From an uncultured Gemmatimonadales bacterium (GTDB lineage Bacteria > Gemmatimonadota > Gemmatimonadetes > Gemmatimonadales > Gemmatimonadaceae), in the NCBI GenBank assembly GCA_963701965.1, contig OY969695.1, forward strand, positions 1,568,001 to 1,632,000: a DNA stretch of 64,000 bases, read 5' to 3'. Each line of letters begins with the position of its first letter. The stretch's first letter is position 1. Under the pieces are notes generated by a model. That model was not told the origin of the DNA and searched no databases. It was given only the letters and a program-made list of their open reading frames with translations. Below, in pieces: positions 58,521 to 64,000 of this stretch. The translations under genes and the position numbers were made by a program.

Positions 58521-60302
58521 TCAAAACCCTTCCGCGGCACCGTGGACGCGCGGGTCGGGCATGCCGGAGACGCCGTTGGCGTTTCGCAGAATCGACGCGC
58601 CGATACCGAGGCCTCCCCGGGCCGGCTCCACGGGTTGGTGCATCGCCTGGAGCGCCGCGATCGCGTCATCGCGCAGCCCGTTCGGCTCGTAGAGCAGCGT
58701 GTCGGGGAGATGCTGGTGGTGCACGCGGGGGGCGCTCACCGCGGCGTTGATGCCCATGTCGTAGTCAATGACGTTGGACATGACCTGGAACACGGCGGTG
58801 ATGATCCGACCGCTGCCGCTGGCACCGGTCACCAGCATCGGCGTGCCGTCCTTCCCCAGCACGATAGTCGGCGTCATCAATGAGAGCATGCGCTTGCCGG
58901 GGGCGATCGCGTTGGCCTCGCCTTGCACGAGTCCGGCGCTGTTCGGCACTCCGGGCTCGGCGGTGAAGTCATCCATCTCGTTGTTGAGCAGGAACCCCGC
59001 GCCCCCGACGGTGGACGCCGAGCCAAACCCGGAGTTGATCGTCGTCGTGAGCGCCACGGCGTTGCCCTGACCATCGACGACCGAGAAGTGCGTCGTGTGC
59101 ATGCCCTCGGTGCCGGCGCCCGTCGGGAACGCGACGGCCGCGGATGGCGTGGCGCTGTCCGGACGGATGCTGGCCGACAGACTGTCAGCAAACGACTGCG
59201 ACAGGAGCCTTGCCGTGGGGATAGTGACCGCGTCCGGGTCGCCCAGGAAGTGATTCCGCACGGCGAACGCTCGGCGCATCGATTCGGCCAGCAGATGGAG
59301 CTCGGCCGGCGAGTGCCACGCCAACGCATGCAGATCGCGATCCTTGAGCATGTCCGCCATGAGCGCGATCGTCAGGCCACCCGACGACGGCGGCGGCATC
59401 GAGATGACGTGATAGCCGCGATAGTCGAATGTGACCGGCGTGCGCCATTTCGCGTGATAGCCCGCGAGATCCGCCTTGGTGATGATCCCATGCCCGCGCT
59501 TCATCTCGGCGACGATCGCATCGGCGGTCGGCCCGGAGTAGAACGCGGTCGGCCCCTTGGCCGCGATCCGCTTGAGCACCGCGGCCAAGTCGGGATTCCG
59601 CCACCGATCGCCGGGATGGAGCGGTTGGCCATGGGGCAGGAACAGGGCGGCGCTCGCCGGGAATCGCGAAAGCCGGGCACTGTCCGCGTGCGTGTTGCGC
59701 GCGAAGTCCGAGTCCACGACGAATCCCGTGTCCGCCAGGGCGATCGCCGGGGCCAGGACGTCGGCCCACGGCTTCGAGCCGAAGCGATGATGCGCTTCCC
59801 ACAGTCCCGCGACCGAGCCCGGGACCCCCGCGGCAAGATCACCGGTCACCGACCGGTCGTCCGGCTTCCCCGAGCTCCCAATGTACATGTCGCGCGTGGC
59901 CGCCGCGGGCGCGGTCTCCCGGAAGTCGAGCGCCACGGGATCACTGCCCGCCATCTTGGCGACGAAGAATCCCCCGCCACCGATGTTGCCGGCCGCCGGG
60001 AACACGACCGCCAGCGCAAAAGCCGTCGCCACCGCCGCGTCCACCGCGTTGCCGCCCGCCCGCAGCACCTCGGCACCGACGTGGGTCGCCAACGGCGCGT
60101 CGGTGGCGACCATGCCGTGCGGCGCCGTCACCGCTGGCGCCGTGAGTGGGAATGGCCAATTCGCGGGGACCGCGTCTCCCGGCGACGCCGGCGTGCCGCC
60201 AGCCGTCCCGCGGTCGGCGCCCGCACTGGAGTGACAACCAACAGCGGTCGCGACCGCGACCACCAGCGCTGATGTCCACATTGTCCCACGGCCGACCGGC
60301 AT
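58521..60302 (-). CDS. ggt: Gamma-glutamyltransferase (lipoprotein)
   Basis: ATG 60302 follows GGAGGAG. GGNAVDAAVA, DFRETAP, VPG, PPPSSGG, HTTHFS (catalytic Thr), LNNEMDDF, PGKR. Confidence 0.95.
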   Translation of the reverse strand: MPVGRGTMWTSALVVAVATAVGCHSSAGADRGTAGGTPASPGDAVPANWPFPLTAPAVTAPHGMVATDAPLATHVGAEVLRAGGNAVDAAVATAFALAVVFPAAGNIGGGGFFVAKMAGSDPVALDFRETAPAAATRDMYIGSSGKPDDRSVTGDLAAGVPGSVAGLWEAHHRFGSKPWADVLAPAIALADTGFVVDSDFARNTHADSARLSRFPASAALFLPHGQPLHPGDRWRNPDLAAVLKRIAAKGPTAFYSGPTADAIVAEMKRGHGIITKADLAGYHAKWRTPVTFDYRGYHVISMPPPSSGGLTIALMADMLKDRDLHALAWHSPAELHLLAESMRRAFAVRNHFLGDPDAVTIPTARLLSQSFADSLSASIRPDSATPSAAVAFPTGAGTEGMHTTHFSVVDGQGNAVALTTTINSGFGSASTVGGAGFLLNNEMDDFTAEPGVPNSAGLVQGEANAIAPGKRMLSLMTPTIVLGKDGTPMLVTGASGSGRIITAVFQVMSNVIDYDMGINAAVSAPRVHHQHLPDTLLYEPNGLRDDAIAALQAMHQPVEPARGGLGIGASILRNANGVSGMPDPRVHGAAEGF

Positions 60303-60325
60303 ACGACTCCTCCGAGACTTGGAGC

Positions 60326-61123
60326 TTACACCGCGAAGTGTTTCAGATACAGGTACACGCACGGCGCCACCAAAAGCACGCTGTCGAACCGGTCGAATGC
60401 GCCGCCGTGCCCCGGCAGGAGCGCCGAAGAATCTTTGACCCCGGCATCCCGTTTCATGAGGGATTCGACCAGGTCGCCGAGCTGTCCGATCGTCCCCACA
60501 ATGGCGCCGAGGACGAGCGCGCCGCTCACGGGCAGAAAATCCAACACCAGATACTTCGCGGCCAGCGCCGCCGCGAACGCGCCCATCAGCCCGGCGATGG
60601 CCCCTTCCCAGCTCTTTTGCGGGCTGACGCGCGGGAGGAGCTTGTGCTTCCCCCACGCGACGCCTACGTGAAACGCCGCCGAGTCGCAGATCCAGATCGT
60701 CGCGAAGATCGAGATCACGAGGTAGCCATTCCAGAGCTCGCGGATGCCGATCAACGTCCCGAAGAAGAGCGAGACATAGAGCACGCCAAAGAGCGTGGTC
60801 GACAGATCAAGCAGCGCTGATCCCCGGCCCCGAAACAGCGCCCACAGGCTCGAGGCGATCACGATCGCGATCAGGACGACGGACAGGTCGGGCGAGACCG
60901 GCGATCGGTAGAACGACAGATTGACGAAGAATCCCCCGGCGAGACCCACGATCGCCAGGGGCTGGGCGCCTTTGGCGCGGGTCAGCCCGTACAACTCGCG
61001 GAGGGCCACCGCGGAAGCGACCGCGATGAACGTGAAGAAGTACAGGCCCCCCGCCATGCACAGCAGGAGGACAAGCGGAATGCCGACGACGCCGACGGCG
61101 ACGCGCTGCGCCAGATTGCTCAC
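60326..61123 (-). CDS. cdsA: Phosphatidate cytidylyltransferase
   Basis: Start trimmed to GTG 61123. DSAAF..G, VSPQKSWEG, GDLVESLMKRDAGVKDS..LPGHGG.FDRFDS. Confidence 0.95.
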   Translation of the reverse strand: MSNLAQRVAVGVVGIPLVLLLCMAGGLYFFTFIAVASAVALRELYGLTRAKGAQPLAIVGLAGGFFVNLSFYRSPVSPDLSVVLIAIVIASSLWALFRGRGSALLDLSTTLFGVLYVSLFFGTLIGIRELWNGYLVISIFATIWICDSAAFHVGVAWGKHKLLPRVSPQKSWEGAIAGLMGAFAAALAAKYLVLDFLPVSGALVLGAIVGTIGQLGDLVESLMKRDAGVKDSSALLPGHGGAFDRFDSVLLVAPCVYLYLKHFAV

Positions 61124-61149
61124 GACGCGTGTGCCGGCCGGTGTCGCGG

Positions 61150-61761
61150 TCAGCTGCGGGGCTCTTGGAGTGACGCCGCCCGGGAGGCCACCGTGTCGAG
61201 GTCGCCGCCCAGGGCATCCATGGTGCGCTGGAACTGGCAGTCGATGATGAGGAGGCCGATCACGTACCCAGCCAGGTTCGCCGCGAAGATGACCTTGAAC
61301 ACCAGGGTATAGGGAAACCAGATCCCGAAGTAGAGCGCGAAGCGCTTCAGGCCCGGGTCGAACCGGGCCCGGCCCGCGACCGTCGTGAGGAGTCCGATCG
61401 CGACCAGCGCGAGCAGCACGAGCGCCAGCGGCACCAGGCCGGCGGCGGCGAACGCCAGGAAGATCACCGCTTCCGACGCCCGATCGAGCACGTCGTCGAG
61501 TCGCTTGCCGGCCTCCGACACCAGACCGAACTCGCGGGCCATCCCGCCGTCCATGCCATCGAGCACCTGGCCCAGCGCCATCAAGGCGAGACCCGCGCCG
61601 GTGCGTCCGATCGCGATCGCGCCCGCCGCCAGCACACTGACGGCAAAAGCCGACCACGTCACTTGCGTGGGCGTCACCCCAAGCTTGAGGTGGAGGAACC
61701 GCAGCGGCGGCCTGACGATCGTATCCGAGAGCCGGCCCAAGACCGGCAGGCGTTCATGCAT
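61150..61761 (-). CDS. CDP-alcohol phosphatidyltransferase family protein
   Basis: [15 protein letters not shown]......[10 protein letters not shown] signature. Confidence 0.9.
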   Translation of the reverse strand: MHERLPVLGRLSDTIVRPPLRFLHLKLGVTPTQVTWSAFAVSVLAAGAIAIGRTGAGLALMALGQVLDGMDGGMAREFGLVSEAGKRLDDVLDRASEAVIFLAFAAAGLVPLALVLLALVAIGLLTTVAGRARFDPGLKRFALYFGIWFPYTLVFKVIFAANLAGYVIGLLIIDCQFQRTMDALGGDLDTVASRAASLQEPRS

Positions 61762-62197
61762 GCAGCCAGCGGAGATAAAACGCCGCGTTGAGGACGAGCA
61801 GCACGGTGAACAGCACCCGCTCCTTGGTCTTGTCCGAGACGCTGGTCAGCCAGCCCCGGGTCACGCGCCGCGAGTATGGGTAGAACGGCATCTTCTCGAA
61901 GCTCACGCTGTAGTCCATGGCGACGTGGACCACGAAGAAGAGCGCCGGGACAATCGTGTGCAGAAACGTGCAGACAGGCAGGACCCACAGCAGCGCGACC
62001 GGCTCCTGGAGCGATGAGCGCCAATAATACCCGCGCTTATCCTGGAGACCCACGGCGGAGAGGTAGAACGGCGCCTTCACGAGATGATCGACGTCGACCG
62101 CCATCCCGAACGTGTAGGCCAGCAAACGCTCGTGGCCCGTGAGCCCGAGCGCCTGCACCCCCAGTGTCGTGGCCAGAAAGTGCGTGCCGATTTTCAT
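61754..62197 (-). CDS. Small membrane protein, possibly YdjM-like metal-dependent hydrolase
   Basis: TH, DVDH, HVAMD and PFYP motifs with TM segments; overlaps the next gene. Confidence 0.6.
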   Translation of the reverse strand: MKIGTHFLATTLGVQALGLTGHERLLAYTFGMAVDVDHLVKAPFYLSAVGLQDKRGYYWRSSLQEPVALLWVLPVCTFLHTIVPALFFVVHVAMDYSVSFEKMPFYPYSRRVTRGWLTSVSDKTKERVLFTVLLVLNAAFYLRWLHA

Positions 62198-62373
62198 GGT
62201 AGACGCTGCACCCCTGGCTCGTTGCCCAGCAAGGTTTGTGTACCCCCCGCGTACCGGTCCCGCAAAATATGCAGCGGTGCGTGGACCGCCAATATCGGCG
62301 ACGCGAAAGCCGGCGCCGTGCCGGCGCCCGCCACTTAACTCGTTGTTTCGCCGTTAGATAGCGAGCGCGCGCC

Positions 62374-62805
62374 TCAGCGCGGGGCCGCGACGACGACGTA
62401 CGTGGTGTTCGTACCCGAGAACGGGGCTGGTACCACGTGCTGCCGCACTGCTGGTACGCCAGCCCGTTGACGATGACGCTCGTGCACGACGGCGGCACAC
62501 TGGAGACAACGGAGCCAATCACCGCGGCGGTTCACCACCGCCGTCGCCGTCACGGCGGCGGCCGTCGCGACCGGATGGTAACAACACGCCGCGTAGTACC
62601 CGCCGCCGTAATAGCCGCCGTGGACGTCGACGTCGTTGTGCACATTCACGTTGACGTTGCGGTTCACATTCGTGTTGCGGTTGACGTTCGTGGTGTTGTT
62701 CACGTTCGTATTGCGATTGACGCTCGACCGCGCGGTACTGCGCGGTGCCGCCGAGGCACCACCGCCGCCGCGACGCTGCGCACCGGCGCTCATCGCCAGG
62801 ACCAT
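62374..62805 (-). CDS. Asn/Val/Arg low-complexity protein with two compensating frameshifts
   Basis: NRNTNV repeats. A protein-like segment (VIGSVVSSVPPSC...NGLAYQQCGSTWYQP) lies in a shifted frame between ~62531 and ~62422. Confidence 0.65.
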   Translation of the reverse strand: MVLAMSAGAQRRGGGGASAAPRSTARSSVNRNTNVNNTTNVNRNTNVNRNVNVNVHNDVDVHGGYYGGGYYAACCYHPVATAAAVTATAVVNRRGDWLRCLQCAAVVHERHRQRAGVPAVRQHVVPAPFSGTNTTYVVVAAPR

Positions 62806-62841
62806 AGGGACGCACGGACGGGCACGCCATGCGACCTTGGT

Positions 62842-63690
62842 CTACGGAACACGCCGCGTGCGCCACACCCGGTATGGGATGGTGGCCACGGCGCTGACCA
62901 GCAGGTACAGCACGACCGCCGCGGCGGCGAGTTTTTGCTGTGGGGCGTTGGCGGCCGCGATCGCGATGGCCATGCCCGGGTGGCGCGCGGCGGTGGAGAA
63001 GGCGAGCACGGTGCGATCGTCGGGCTCTGGTCCGCCGAGCCAGTGGCCGGCAATGAGGCCCACGATCACAAAGCCCAGCAACGCGACGATTGCACCTTCG
63101 CCGACGAGCGACATCATCGCGGGCCAGAATGCGACGATGATCGCCAGCGCACTGGCGACCAGAACGATCGTGGCGACGGCGTTGAGCGGCTTGGCGGCCG
63201 CTTCGGCAAATCGGGGGGCAAAGTGGCGTACCGCGATCCCGACCACCAGCGGGGCGAGGACGCTCGCCACGACGAGACGGGCCACGGCGGACGCATCCAT
63301 GTGGGCATCGACGCGGAAGACCAAGCCCAGCACGTCGATCGCGACCGGGATGAAGACGATGGCCAAGAGCGACGCCGCCGCCAGGAGGCCAATGGCATAC
63401 GCCTCGGATCCACCGGCCTTGACCGCTTTCCTGGGAAGAATGGGCGGTACGGGGGACACCGACAGCGTGAGGAGCGCCACCTTGACCGCCGCATGCATCG
63501 GATACCACGCGACCATCGCGACCGCGAACAACGGCACAATGACATCCATGGCGATGAGCGACCGCACGAGCTTGGCCGGGTGCGCGGCGAGGTAGATGGC
63601 GTCGCGTGCGGTCGCCTGAAGCCCGAGGGCCAGCACCGTCATCATGATGCTGGCCTTGAGCGCCAACAGGAGGATCGCTTGGAGCGCCAC
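62842..63690 (-). CDS. Bile acid:sodium symporter (BASS) family transporter
   Basis: Probable GTG 63690. ALGL, SPVPPILP, GHWLGGP, STAARHPGMAIAIA. Confidence 0.85.
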   Translation of the reverse strand: MALQAILLLALKASIMMTVLALGLQATARDAIYLAAHPAKLVRSLIAMDVIVPLFAVAMVAWYPMHAAVKVALLTLSVSPVPPILPRKAVKAGGSEAYAIGLLAAASLLAIVFIPVAIDVLGLVFRVDAHMDASAVARLVVASVLAPLVVGIAVRHFAPRFAEAAAKPLNAVATIVLVASALAIIVAFWPAMMSLVGEGAIVALLGFVIVGLIAGHWLGGPEPDDRTVLAFSTAARHPGMAIAIAAANAPQQKLAAAAVVLYLLVSAVATIPYRVWRTRRVP

Positions 63691-63761
63691 CCGGGACAGT
63701 CTACAGCGCGCATCGGCCGCGACTACGTGGACCTTGGTCGAACCCTCCCTCAATGCGTCGA

Positions 63762-64000
63762 CTAGTACGGATCGATCGGCTCGCCGCCGATCAGGCACAT
63801 GGGCCCATCCGTCAATCCACCGCGGCTTTGGCACTGGGCCGCCCACCGCGCCTGCTGGGCCGCCGCCGCGCCCTCCATCCGCATGCCCTTGGCCTCCATC
63901 TGCGCGTAGCGTTGGCCGAGGGTCCCGGCTTTGTCCAAGAGGGCGAGCGCCTTCTGGAGATCCTGGGGGACGCCGCGGCCCCACTCGTTCATGAGGCCGA
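63762..64000 (-). CDS. Sel1-like repeat protein, C-terminal part (truncated by the window)
   Basis: GLMNEWGRGVPQDLQKALALLDKAG...AQ. Confidence 0.6.
   Translation of the reverse strand, partial: GLMNEWGRGVPQDLQKALALLDKAGTLGQRYAQMEAKGMRMEGAAAAQQARWAAQCQSRGGLTDGPMCLIGGEPIDPY

Noticed and set aside
58809..58820. GGT oxyanion loop reads GASGSG instead of G-G
   Set aside because: This loop varies naturally and the ancestral state is ambiguous, so it was not counted as an inactivating mutation.

Overview
A high-GC, gene-dense bacterial chromosomal segment. The gene set (SusC/SusD pairs, ADOP permease plus PadR, split atp operon, LPS gene waaA) suggests Gemmatimonadota; this assignment is inferred, not searched. 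I saw no rRNA, tRNA, CRISPR array, transposase or prophage. Contents in order: (i) a partial SusC, a lipoprotein and a complete susCD pair whose leader carries three overlapping palindromes; (ii) a TPM / nucleotidyltransferase / AgmX-like / lemA operon; (iii) a tightly coupled 7-gene operon resembling the Agl-Glt gliding-motor core (giant TPR protein, GltF-like, ExbB, two ExbD, AgmX/GltG-like); (iv) dsbA-waaA; (v) atpAGDC behind a Rex/CRP-type box, running into two outer-membrane barrels and an EAL protein; (vi) assorted housekeeping and accessory genes; (vii) a LytS/LytTR pair with a direct-repeat site; (viii) a candidate structured ncRNA with a four-way junction and terminator at 48.7-48.8 kb; (ix) a family-B DNA polymerase whose catalytic DTD reads DTN; (x) two ADOP deletion-scar pseudogenes, ggt, a phospholipid gene cluster and a gene with two compensating frameshifts. 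Family calls come from motifs recognised by eye; no database searches were run.
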